A DNA stretch of 64,000 nt from an uncultured Peptoniphilaceae bacterium. GTDB lineage: Bacteria > Bacillota > Clostridia > Tissierellales > Peptoniphilaceae. The stretch is from assembly GCA_964432945.1 (NCBI GenBank), contig CAYSPO010000001.1, forward strand, positions 21,506-85,505, read 5' to 3'. Below the pieces are notes generated by a model that was not told where the DNA came from, did no database searches, and saw nothing but the letters and a program-made list of their open reading frames with translations. Both the position numbers and the translations under genes were made by a program. Below, piece by piece: positions 26,423 to 35,410 of the stretch. Each line of letters begins with the position of its first letter. Positions within the stretch are counted from its first letter, which is position 1.

Positions 26423-27595
26423 TTATAACATTTCAATAAAAGCAGAAATTCTTGTTGCTAACTGACCTTTGTCATTATCTGAGTAATCAGTTTCTATTTT
26501 CATATAAGGAATTCCTAAGTCTTCTTTTATTCCTTTTTCCATTTTAACTGCTTCAATATTAAATGTATGGCAAGATTGTAAAACTACATCAATAACCCCA
26601 TCTACTTGATATTTTTCACAAAGGTGTTTTGTATGCTCTATTCTATCATCATTAGGAGACATAACAGCGCAGCTAATTTCTAGATATCTATCGGAAATTG
26701 CTCTTAAGATATCATCAGCCTCAGTATCTACCATCATTTTCATAGTTCTTTCTCCACCACAGTTATCGTTACTAACTATGATAGCACCATTTTGTTCAAT
26801 CACATTACATACCTTATCTATAACTCCTCCAGTTGGACAGCCTGTAACTAGAATTCTTGGGGTATTAGGAGCTACGAGATAATTAGGATCTTTGGAATAT
26901 TGTTCTAAGGCTTGATCGATTGTGTTGCTAACTAACTCCGTTGAGTCTTCAACGGTGAATTGAAAAACATTTCTTTGAAGTGAAAGTGCAACTTGGCTAC
27001 CTGTTATTGCGGGTGGATTATATCCTTGAATTTCCATTAACTTCACATAACCTTCTCTCCAAGCATTTCTTCTTTTAGCAGCATTTCTAAGGTCTTCATC
27101 AGTAATTTCTATATCAAATAATTCTTCCAATTTCTCTTTTAAAAGTTTACATTCTTCATACCATATATCCCTTGCATAAGACCTATTTTGTGCTTGGGGT
27201 AGTTGCATTATATGAACATCTTTTAATTCCCCAAGAAGTTCATACATTTTTTTCTTACCATCACAAGTAGTTTCACCGATAATTAAATCAGAGAACCAAG
27301 TATAAGGACAGGTTTCAGTATAAGCAAAACCATATGTACTTTTAATAAGGGGACACATATTTTTAGGAAGAACTTTTTCTGCATCAGGTATAACTGAATC
27401 AGAAGTCCCACATAGACCAACAGCTGAAGCTCCTGCTGCTTCTATAATTTCAGTAGGAGTATAGGAACAAAGAGTTCCAATTAGTCTGCCACCATTTTCT
27501 TTAAACTCTTTTACATTTACAAAGCCTTCCTTTCTAGCTTCTTCAAATTCTTCAAAAGTTTTAGGAAGTAGGGCTTTTTCTTTTACTTTTTCCAT
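26423..27595 (-). CDS. double-cubane-cluster / 2-hydroxyacyl-CoA dehydratase (HgdB/BcrB) family anaerobic reductase, copy 1
   Basis: 390 aa with Cys-rich motifs LCSYTP, GLCGTS, NMCPLIKS and GETTCDGKKK typical of this family. Paralogue of 32316..33485. Confidence 0.7.
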   Translation of the reverse strand: MEKVKEKALLPKTFEEFEEARKEGFVNVKEFKENGGRLIGTLCSYTPTEIIEAAGASAVGLCGTSDSVIPDAEKVLPKNMCPLIKSTYGFAYTETCPYTWFSDLIIGETTCDGKKKMYELLGELKDVHIMQLPQAQNRSYARDIWYEECKLLKEKLEELFDIEITDEDLRNAAKRRNAWREGYVKLMEIQGYNPPAITGSQVALSLQRNVFQFTVEDSTELVSNTIDQALEQYSKDPNYLVAPNTPRILVTGCPTGGVIDKVCNVIEQNGAIIVSNDNCGGERTMKMMVDTEADDILRAISDRYLEISCAVMSPNDDRIEHTKHLCEKYQVDGVIDVVLQSCHTFNIEAVKMEKGIKEDLGIPYMKIETDYSDNDKGQLATRISAFIEML

Positions 27596-27743
27596 ATATT
27601 ACCTCTTTTCCTTATTTTCAAATATTATTATATCAAATTTCCAAGATGTTTTATATTTAATATCTAAGAATATATAAAAAAAGCGTTTTATTATTTGTCT
27701 TACTTCCTATATAATTAAAGAAGGATAATTATTAGGAGGAAAA

Positions 27744-28922
27744 ATGAAATATAATTTTGAAACATTTCAAGATAGAAGAAATCTAGGTTCATCTAAATAC
27801 GAACTTATGCTGAAACAAAAGCCTGATGTTAGCGGGGAGATAGTTCCTCTTTCTACTGCAGATATGGAGTTTAATATAGCACCTGAAATTCAAGAAGGAT
27901 TAAAAGAGTTTATAACAGACGCTATTCTAGGTTATCAAATTCCTACAGATTCTTATAAAAAAGCAGTAGTTAATTGGTTTAAAAAAAGATACAATACAGA
28001 TATAAAGCCAGAGTGGATTACTACATCTTCAGGGGTTGTAAATGGTTTTAATGGTGGAGTTTTAGCTTTTAGTAAACCAGGAGATGGAGTTATATTAATG
28101 CCACCTGTATATGGCCCGTTTTTCGCTGCAATAGAAAACCATAATAGAAAGCCTGTAGCTTGTAATCTTATAGAAGAAGATAACTATTATAAAATTGACT
28201 TTGATAAATTTGAAGAACTTGCTAAAGATGAAAATAATAAAATACTGATGTTTTGTAACCCTCACAACCCTGCAGGAAGGGTGTGGGCTAAAGAAGAATT
28301 AGAGAAACTTGCTGAAATAGCTTTAGCCAATGATTTAATAATAATATCTGATGAAATACATTCAGATTTTATTTTATCTGGTAATGAATTTACTTCTTTC
28401 TTAAATGTATCAGAAGAAATTCTAAACAATTTATTAGTGTGCCATGCACCTAATAAAACTTTCAATATAGCAGGACTTTCAGCTGGAAATAATATTGTTC
28501 CAAACCCTGAACTAAAAGAGATTTATGATGAAACTATGAATAAATATAGACTACAAGGAACAAATTCATTAGCTTTAAAAGCAACAGAAATAGCATATAC
28601 AAAGTGTGAGGAATGGGTAGATGAATTAGTAAAAGTAATAGAAGGAAATATTGATTACTTTATAGAAAGAGTAGAAAAACAATTACCTGAGATAAGAGTA
28701 TTCAAACCTGAAGGGGGATATCTAGTTTGGATGGATATGTGTCCACTAGGATATTCAGGAGAAGAATTAGATGAGATTTTGATAAATGAAGCTGAATTAT
28801 TTTTAAATCCAGGATCTTTCTTTAAAGTAGATGGAGATTGCTATAAAAGAGTAAATTTAGCTTGCCCAAGATATGTAGTAGAAGATTCGGTAGATAGATT
28901 AGTGAAAACATTCCAAAAATAA
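27744..28922 (+). CDS. PatB/MalY-type PLP-dependent C-S lyase (aminotransferase class I/II)
   Basis: About 392 aa. Has CNPHNPAGRVW, SDEIHSDF and the PLP-lysine context APNKTFNIAGL, typical of MalY/PatB cystathionine beta-lyases. Confidence 0.8.
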   Translation: MKYNFETFQDRRNLGSSKYELMLKQKPDVSGEIVPLSTADMEFNIAPEIQEGLKEFITDAILGYQIPTDSYKKAVVNWFKKRYNTDIKPEWITTSSGVVNGFNGGVLAFSKPGDGVILMPPVYGPFFAAIENHNRKPVACNLIEEDNYYKIDFDKFEELAKDENNKILMFCNPHNPAGRVWAKEELEKLAEIALANDLIIISDEIHSDFILSGNEFTSFLNVSEEILNNLLVCHAPNKTFNIAGLSAGNNIVPNPELKEIYDETMNKYRLQGTNSLALKATEIAYTKCEEWVDELVKVIEGNIDYFIERVEKQLPEIRVFKPEGGYLVWMDMCPLGYSGEELDEILINEAELFLNPGSFFKVDGDCYKRVNLACPRYVVEDSVDRLVKTFQK

Positions 28923-28925
28923 AAA

Positions 28926-28957
28926 CAAAAGTCCTTGGCTTTAGCCAAGGACTTTTG
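28926..28957 (+). terminator. rho-independent terminator
   Basis: CAAAAGTCCTTGGC-TTTA-GCCAAGGACTTTTG. Confidence 0.7.
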
Positions 28958-29159
28958 TTATAGATATTGTATTTTAGTATAATCAATATCTATTAAATAT
29001 TTTTAGATTCTTATCAAACTTAAATATATATTGTTTTATCTATTAAGTATAGTTATGGAGATTTTGTAAGGATAGAAAAAAATTATAAATATTGATTATT
29101 ATTTAATAACATATATCATATAGTGAGGAGTTGATATTATTAATATAAGGAGGATTGGA

Positions 29160-30401
29160 ATGAAAAAGAGAGTTTTACTATTAATTACTATGATATTTTC
29201 ATTAGTAATGGTTAGTGCGTGTAGTAATGGAAATGAAACGACAGAAGAAGTTAAAGATGACCAAGTATCAGAAACAGAAGCAGTAGAGAAAACTGAAAAT
29301 AAAACTGAAACTGAAACAGATAAAGAAAAAGAAGATTCAGAAGATGCAAAAAAAGATGAGGATAATAAAGATATACCTGTTATAAAAGTTGGTTGGAATA
29401 ATGAATTACATACAGGTAATATGCATTTAGCTTTTAAAGCACCTGAAGAGTTTGAAAATAATGATGTTTATTTAAGACCAATTTCTGATCAACAATTAGA
29501 GCTTGTAAAAGATGGAGAACCACTAGCTATTTTAGAGTTTACTTTAGTTAAAGGAGCTTCAGAATCTGTTACTTTAATGACACAAGGACATATGGATATC
29601 GCATATGGATCTAGTACAGCTTATATGACAGCTGCAGATCAAGGCTTAGAATGCTCTATTTTATGTCCTGTACAAAGTGGTGGCGTATCTATAGTTGCTT
29701 CTAAAGATGCACCTTACTCTAATTTTGATGAGCTTGTGGAATACGCAAAATCTGAAGAAGTACCTATAAAAGCTGGATATCATTCACCTATTTCTAGTCC
29801 AAGAATAGTTTTAGAATATGCTTTAAAAGAAGCTGGCTTAAATGTTACTGAAGATACTTCAGATTACCAAGCAGATGTAGTTATGACTGACTTAAAAGGA
29901 TTAAGTAACTTAGTACCATCATTAAGTTCAAATCAAGTTGAATTATGGGCAGGCCCAGTTCCTCACCCTCAAAATGCTGAGATACAAGGGGTAGGCAAAA
30001 TTATCGCAACTTTAGATGAACTGCCAGGTGGAAAATGGGTTGATTTCCCTTGCTGTACAATGAATGTTACAAATGAACTTATTGATACACACCCAGAAAT
30101 TGTTGAAGCAATGGTAAAAGCTACTACAGATATTCATGATTTTGCACAAGAAAATAGAGAAGCAACAGCTGACTATTTAGCAGAATTTATGGGATTAGAA
30201 AAAGAAGTAATCATGAATAATGATACAACTTATTCAACAACTCCTAGCGACAATTTCAAAAATGGTATGAGAATTTACTATGATGCTATGACAGAAATGG
30301 GTAAATTCACAGGAGAATTCCAAGGCAAAGAATTTGATGATATAAAGGATCAAGTATTTGATCTAACTTTTATTGAAAATGTCATCAAAAATAAAGAATA
30401 A
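29160..30401 (+). CDS. ABC substrate-binding lipoprotein (NMT1/SsuA-like)
   Basis: Lipobox MVSAC with an acidic linker. Encoded upstream of a NitT/TauT-type permease and ATPase. Confidence 0.75.
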   Translation: MKKRVLLLITMIFSLVMVSACSNGNETTEEVKDDQVSETEAVEKTENKTETETDKEKEDSEDAKKDEDNKDIPVIKVGWNNELHTGNMHLAFKAPEEFENNDVYLRPISDQQLELVKDGEPLAILEFTLVKGASESVTLMTQGHMDIAYGSSTAYMTAADQGLECSILCPVQSGGVSIVASKDAPYSNFDELVEYAKSEEVPIKAGYHSPISSPRIVLEYALKEAGLNVTEDTSDYQADVVMTDLKGLSNLVPSLSSNQVELWAGPVPHPQNAEIQGVGKIIATLDELPGGKWVDFPCCTMNVTNELIDTHPEIVEAMVKATTDIHDFAQENREATADYLAEFMGLEKEVIMNNDTTYSTTPSDNFKNGMRIYYDAMTEMGKFTGEFQGKEFDDIKDQVFDLTFIENVIKNKE

Positions 30402-30538
30402 TTAGCAAGTTATATAATAATAAATTTTTAAATTTCTTATTATATTTTTAGCTTATAGAAATAAGTTCATATTAAAAATAATAGGTATTTATTATAAGAA
30501 AATATGGTTTTGGTAAGGGTATAGAATAATATGTTAGG

Positions 30539-30570
30539 GATAAAGGCTTTCAAAATTGAAAGCCTTTATC
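30539..30570 (+). other. perfect 13-bp-stem hairpin between the binding-protein and permease genes
   Basis: GATAAAGGCTTTC-AAAATT-GAAAGCCTTTATC with no clear U tract. It could be an attenuator or mRNA-stabilising element. Confidence 0.4.
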
Positions 30571-30607
30571 TATTGAATAAGATAAGGTAGGGGTTGAAGA
30601 AATATAT

Positions 30608-31453
30608 ATGGAAAAAAACAAAAAAAATATTTCATCTTTTATTGTTCCAATGATAGCTCCAATATTATTTATAATATTGTGGGAGTTCCTTGCAATTAAA
30701 GTAGATAATAATGCAGTTCTTCCTAGAGTAACAAGAGTTGCCCAGCATTTTATTAATATAAATGAAGATATAATAGGAATAGGAACAATATCAAAAAACA
30801 TCTTATATAGCTTAATAAGAGTTTTTATTGGATATATTTTAGCAATAATTATTGGTCTACCTCTTGGATTATTAATGGGATACTCAAAGGGAGCTAAAGA
30901 ATCTTTAAACTTATTTATAAGTATTTTTCAGCCAGTTCCTGCAATTGCTTGGAGACCTCTAGTTTTAGGGTGGTTTGGAGTAAGTTCACTTGCTACAATT
31001 TTAAAACTCGATTATGGACAAACTTATGCAATTATGGATAATTTTAAAATGTCTATGATATTTTTGATTTTTTTAGGGGCGTTTTTTCCAATATGGGGAA
31101 ATACTATGTTTGGAGTAAGTAGTGTAAGAGATGTTTTAGTAGAAAGTGCTCAAGTATTAGGAGCAACAGAAAAAGATATTTTTCTTCATGTTCTATTACC
31201 TGGGGCAGGTCCAAATGTAGTTAATGGATTAAAGTCTGGTTTAACTGCAGCATGGAGCTGTTTGGTGGCAGCAGAGATGCTTCCTGGAAGTATGAGTGGA
31301 TTAGGGTATCTTATAGCCCATGCTTATGAGCTGGCCAGAATGGATTTGGTAATCGTAGGGATAATATGTATAGGATTGATTGGTGCATTATTTGATGCAA
31401 TATATAGTATGATATTTAATAAATATTTTGCTTGGCAAAGGCTTGTAAGGTAG
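30608..31453 (+). CDS. ABC transporter permease (NitT/TauT-SsuC type)
   Basis: Six TM segments with an EAA-like region. All-Cys/Ala paralogue of 12050..12847. Confidence 0.85.
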   Translation: MEKNKKNISSFIVPMIAPILFIILWEFLAIKVDNNAVLPRVTRVAQHFININEDIIGIGTISKNILYSLIRVFIGYILAIIIGLPLGLLMGYSKGAKESLNLFISIFQPVPAIAWRPLVLGWFGVSSLATILKLDYGQTYAIMDNFKMSMIFLIFLGAFFPIWGNTMFGVSSVRDVLVESAQVLGATEKDIFLHVLLPGAGPNVVNGLKSGLTAAWSCLVAAEMLPGSMSGLGYLIAHAYELARMDLVIVGIICIGLIGALFDAIYSMIFNKYFAWQRLVR

Positions 31454-31458
31454 ATAAT

Positions 31459-32232
31459 ATGAAAGAAACTGTATTTAAATTAAATAATATCGATAAATTA
31501 TATAACCAAGGTGAACATAATGAAATTCAAGTTATAAAAGATTTTAATTTGGAGATAAAAGAAAAAGAATTTGTTTGTTTAATAGGACCATCTGGTTGTG
31601 GGAAATCTACCTTACTAAGGATGCTTTCGGGGTTAGAAAGACCAAGTAATGGAGAAATTTATCACAGAAACGAAATTTTAATGAAGCCAAAAAAAGATAT
31701 AGGAATGGTTTTTCAAAATTATTCACTTATGCCATGGCTTTCTGTTGAAGATAATATAGCTTTAGGGTTAAAATTTCAAAATCTTTCTCAAGAAAAGCAA
31801 AAAGAAATTGTAGATGAATATTTAAATATTATAGGTTTAAATAAATTCAGAAAAAATAAGCCTTACGAACTTTCAGGAGGAATGCAGCAAAGAGTTGCAA
31901 TAGCAAGATCTTTAGCTAATGATCCAGACATTGTACTAATGGATGAGCCTTTTGGAGCCCTTGATGCTTATACAAGGATACAGCTACAAAAAGAATTACT
32001 TAGAACTTGGGAAACTCATAAAAAGACGATAGTATTTGTAACTCATAGTGTAGATGAAGCTATATACTTAGCAGATAGAATAATTATGATGAGTAAAGAT
32101 AGTGGTAAAATCGCATTAGATATACAAGTGGACATGCCTAGAGAAAGAGATAGAGCTAATCCAAAATTTGCTCAATTAAATCAAGATTTGTTGAATGAAT
32201 TAGAGAAATTAAATTCGAACACTCCTAGATAG
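31459..32232 (+). CDS. ABC transporter ATP-binding protein (NitT/TauT family)
   Basis: I prefer ATG 31459 to the track TTG 31432. Walker A GPSGCGKST, signature LSGGMQQRV. Confidence 0.85.
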   Translation: MKETVFKLNNIDKLYNQGEHNEIQVIKDFNLEIKEKEFVCLIGPSGCGKSTLLRMLSGLERPSNGEIYHRNEILMKPKKDIGMVFQNYSLMPWLSVEDNIALGLKFQNLSQEKQKEIVDEYLNIIGLNKFRKNKPYELSGGMQQRVAIARSLANDPDIVLMDEPFGALDAYTRIQLQKELLRTWETHKKTIVFVTHSVDEAIYLADRIIMMSKDSGKIALDIQVDMPRERDRANPKFAQLNQDLLNELEKLNSNTPR

Positions 32233-32281
32233 AATACTTTTATTTATTATTAATAAATAATATAAATATAGAATAAAAAGC

Positions 32282-32313
32282 AAAAAGTCCTTGGGCAAAT
32301 CCAAGGACTTTTT
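32282..32313. terminator. bidirectional terminator between convergent genes
   Basis: AAAAAGTCCTTGG-GCAAAT-CCAAGGACTTTTT. The stem is nearly the same sequence as the terminator at 28926..28957. Confidence 0.7.
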
Positions 32314-32315
32314 TA

Positions 32316-33485
32316 TTATAGCATCTCTATAAAAGCAGATATACGCGTAGTTAATTGACCTTTATCATTATCTGAGTAGTCAGTTTCTATTTTCATATAA
32401 GGAATTCCTAAATCTTCTTTAATTCCTTTTTCCATTCTAACTGCTTCTATATTAAAAGTATGGCAAGATTGTAAAACTACATCAATAACTCCATCAACTT
32501 CATATTTCTCGCAAAGCTCTTTTGTATGTTCCACTCTATTAGTGTTTGGAGACATAACAGCACAACTAATTTCAAGATACCTATCAGAAATTGCTCTTAA
32601 GATATCATCAGCTTCAGGATCTATCATCATATTCATAGTACGTTCACCGCCGCAATTATCATTACTTACAATAACTGCACCATTAGCTTCGATCACATTA
32701 CATACCTTGTCTATAACTCCACCAGTTGGGCAGCCTGTAACTAATATTCTTTTATTTGAAGGATCTACAGGATAGATTCCATTTTTATGATTTTCTAAAG
32801 CTTCTTCAATTGTATTATCTATTGTCTCTGTAACATCATTTACATCAAAACTGAATAGATTTTTTTGCATAGCTAGTGCAACTTCGCTACCAGTAATAGC
32901 AGGAGGATTCATTCCTTGAAGGGCAAATAATTTTTTATATGCTTCTCTTTGTTTATTTCTTTTTCTAACTGCTTCTCTTAAATCTTCATCAGTTATTTTT
33001 ATGTCATAAATATTTTCTAACTTTTCTTTTAGAAGCTTACATTCCTCATACCAAGCATCACTTGCCCATTCTCTATTTTGAGCTTGAGGTAATTGCATTA
33101 CATAAGTTTCTTTTATATCATTTAGAAGTTCATACATTTTTTTCTTTCCATCACAAGTAGTTTCACCTATGATTAAATCAGAAAACCAAGTATATGGGCA
33201 AGTTTCAGTATAAGCAAAGCCATATGTACTTTTGATAAGAGGACACATATTCTTAGGAAGAACTTTTTCTGCATCTGGAACAACCGCATTTGACGTACCA
33301 CAAAGCGCTACTCCAGAAGCTCCTGCTGCCTCTATAATTTCAAGAGGTGTATAAGAACAAAGGAAACCTACAACTCTTCCTCCATTTTCTTTGTATTCTT
33401 TTACATGAATAAATCCAGCTTGCCTAGCTTCTTCAAACTCATCAAAAGTCTTAGGTAAGACTTGTTTTTCTTTAACTTTATCCAA
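32316..33485 (-). CDS. double-cubane-cluster / HgdB-BcrB family anaerobic reductase, copy 2
   Basis: 389 aa, collinear with copy 1. The last ~55 residues are almost identical. Confidence 0.7.
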   Translation of the reverse strand: MDKVKEKQVLPKTFDEFEEARQAGFIHVKEYKENGGRVVGFLCSYTPLEIIEAAGASGVALCGTSNAVVPDAEKVLPKNMCPLIKSTYGFAYTETCPYTWFSDLIIGETTCDGKKKMYELLNDIKETYVMQLPQAQNREWASDAWYEECKLLKEKLENIYDIKITDEDLREAVRKRNKQREAYKKLFALQGMNPPAITGSEVALAMQKNLFSFDVNDVTETIDNTIEEALENHKNGIYPVDPSNKRILVTGCPTGGVIDKVCNVIEANGAVIVSNDNCGGERTMNMMIDPEADDILRAISDRYLEISCAVMSPNTNRVEHTKELCEKYEVDGVIDVVLQSCHTFNIEAVRMEKGIKEDLGIPYMKIETDYSDNDKGQLTTRISAFIEML

Positions 33486-33679
33486 AAAATCACCTTTTCT
33501 ATATCTATAATTGTTTTTTCCTACATATAATATTATAAGACATAAAAATACAAGTATAATATTTTAATTTTGTATATATAAGTTAACAGATAAGCAAATC
33601 TAATCCATAGTTAAAAAAATATTTTATATACCTATGATATACTTAATAAAGATAATAAATTATAGATGAGAGGGAAATA

Positions 33680-35410
33680 ATGTTTAAAAAATACCTAGAT
33701 CCATATAAGAAAGATATAAGTATTAATTTAGTAATTAAATCAATAGGAACATTAATGGAAATTTTATTACCTGCAATTTTAGCTTATATTATCGATACAG
33801 TTGTTCCACGTGAAGATAAAAACGCTATCATAATGGGTGGATTATTAATGGTAGTTATTGCTATAGTAGCTTGGATCTTGAATATAATAGCTAACAGAAT
33901 GTCTGCAAAGCTATCTACATCAATAATTTTTCAGTTAAGACAAGACTTGTTTTCTAAATCATTAAATTTATCACCTAGACAAGTGGATATGTTTGGAGCA
34001 TCTTCTTTAGAATCGAGACTAACATCTGATACTTACACTGTCCACAGATTTTTAGCTGGATCTTTAAGAATGGGAATAAGAGTTTTACTAGTATTCTTTG
34101 GGGGTATATTTTTCTGTTTTGTTCTTAGCCCAAAGCTTGCTTCAATTCTAATTTTTATGATTATAGCGATTCTATTTTTTGTAGGTAGAATTTTTTCTAA
34201 AGGATTACCTTTATTTAGAGCTGTTCAAGAAAAGTTAGACAATATGGTTCAAATAATAAGGGAAAACATAAGTGGTATAAGGATTATAAAAGCATTAAAT
34301 AAAACAGATTATGAAAAAGAAAGATATAGTGAAGCTAACCATATATATAAAGATGTAGAAATATCTGCATCATATACTATGGCAGCTTTAAGGCCAGTAG
34401 TTAACTCTATTTTATTTACAGGTCTTGCTTTTGTTTTGGTATATGGATCTGTATTGGTTAAAAGAGGAGAAATAAATACAGGTGTAATAATGGCTTTTAT
34501 GACATATTTTATTCAAATTACAAATTCTTTTATAGGTCTTAACTTTATCTTCAATATATACAATAGGGCTTCTGCTTGTTGGGATAGAATAGAAGAAGTA
34601 TTAGTAACTCCTTTAGATGATAATCAACTTGAGAAAAAAGATACAGTTAAACTTCCAGAAGCCTCAGCTAGTGTACCGGAAATAGAATTTAAGAATGTTT
34701 CTTTTTCATATCTTGGAGAAAAAAATAATCTGGAAAATATTAGCTTTAAGATATATCCTGGACAAACACTTGGAATTATGGGATCTACGGGCTCAGGTAA
34801 AACAACTATAATTAGACTTATGCTAAGGCAATACGATGCAACAGAAGGTCAGGTGCTAATAAGAGGAGTAGATATAAAAGATTTAGCTATAGAAGATATT
34901 AAAAGAATATTTTCAGGAGCTTTCCAAAGTGATTTCTTATATGCAGGAACAATTAGAGAAAATATTTCATTCGGTAGAGATTTAAGCCAAAGCGAAATTG
35001 AAGAAGCAGTTAGTTATGCAATGGCAAATGAATTTGTTTATGAAAAAGAAAATAATCTTGATTTTGAACTCGCATCAAAAGGAGTAAATCTTTCAGGAGG
35101 TCAAAAGCAAAGGCTTATTTTAGCGAGAGCTTTAGCTGCTAAGCCAGAAATTCTTATTCTTGATGACTCAACATCTGCCTTAGACTTTAAGACAGAATCA
35201 AAGGTTAGAAAGGTCTTAAAGGAAAATTTTGAAAATACCACTAGTATAATAATAGGACAAAGGGTGGCATCAGTTGCTGAGGCAGATCTTATATTAATTT
35301 TAAATGAGGGAAGATGTATAGCTTTAGGAAGCCACGAAGAATTGATGAAAGAAAGTCCTTTATATAAAGAAATATTCCAAATGCAATTAGGGAAAGGGAG
35401 GGATATTTAA
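33680..35410 (+). CDS. ABC exporter, fused permease/ATPase (heterodimer half 1)
   Basis: Six-TM domain followed by Walker A GSTGSGKTT and signature LSGGQKQR. Confidence 0.85.
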   Translation: MFKKYLDPYKKDISINLVIKSIGTLMEILLPAILAYIIDTVVPREDKNAIIMGGLLMVVIAIVAWILNIIANRMSAKLSTSIIFQLRQDLFSKSLNLSPRQVDMFGASSLESRLTSDTYTVHRFLAGSLRMGIRVLLVFFGGIFFCFVLSPKLASILIFMIIAILFFVGRIFSKGLPLFRAVQEKLDNMVQIIRENISGIRIIKALNKTDYEKERYSEANHIYKDVEISASYTMAALRPVVNSILFTGLAFVLVYGSVLVKRGEINTGVIMAFMTYFIQITNSFIGLNFIFNIYNRASACWDRIEEVLVTPLDDNQLEKKDTVKLPEASASVPEIEFKNVSFSYLGEKNNLENISFKIYPGQTLGIMGSTGSGKTTIIRLMLRQYDATEGQVLIRGVDIKDLAIEDIKRIFSGAFQSDFLYAGTIRENISFGRDLSQSEIEEAVSYAMANEFVYEKENNLDFELASKGVNLSGGQKQRLILARALAAKPEILILDDSTSALDFKTESKVRKVLKENFENTTSIIIGQRVASVAEADLILILNEGRCIALGSHEELMKESPLYKEIFQMQLGKGRDI

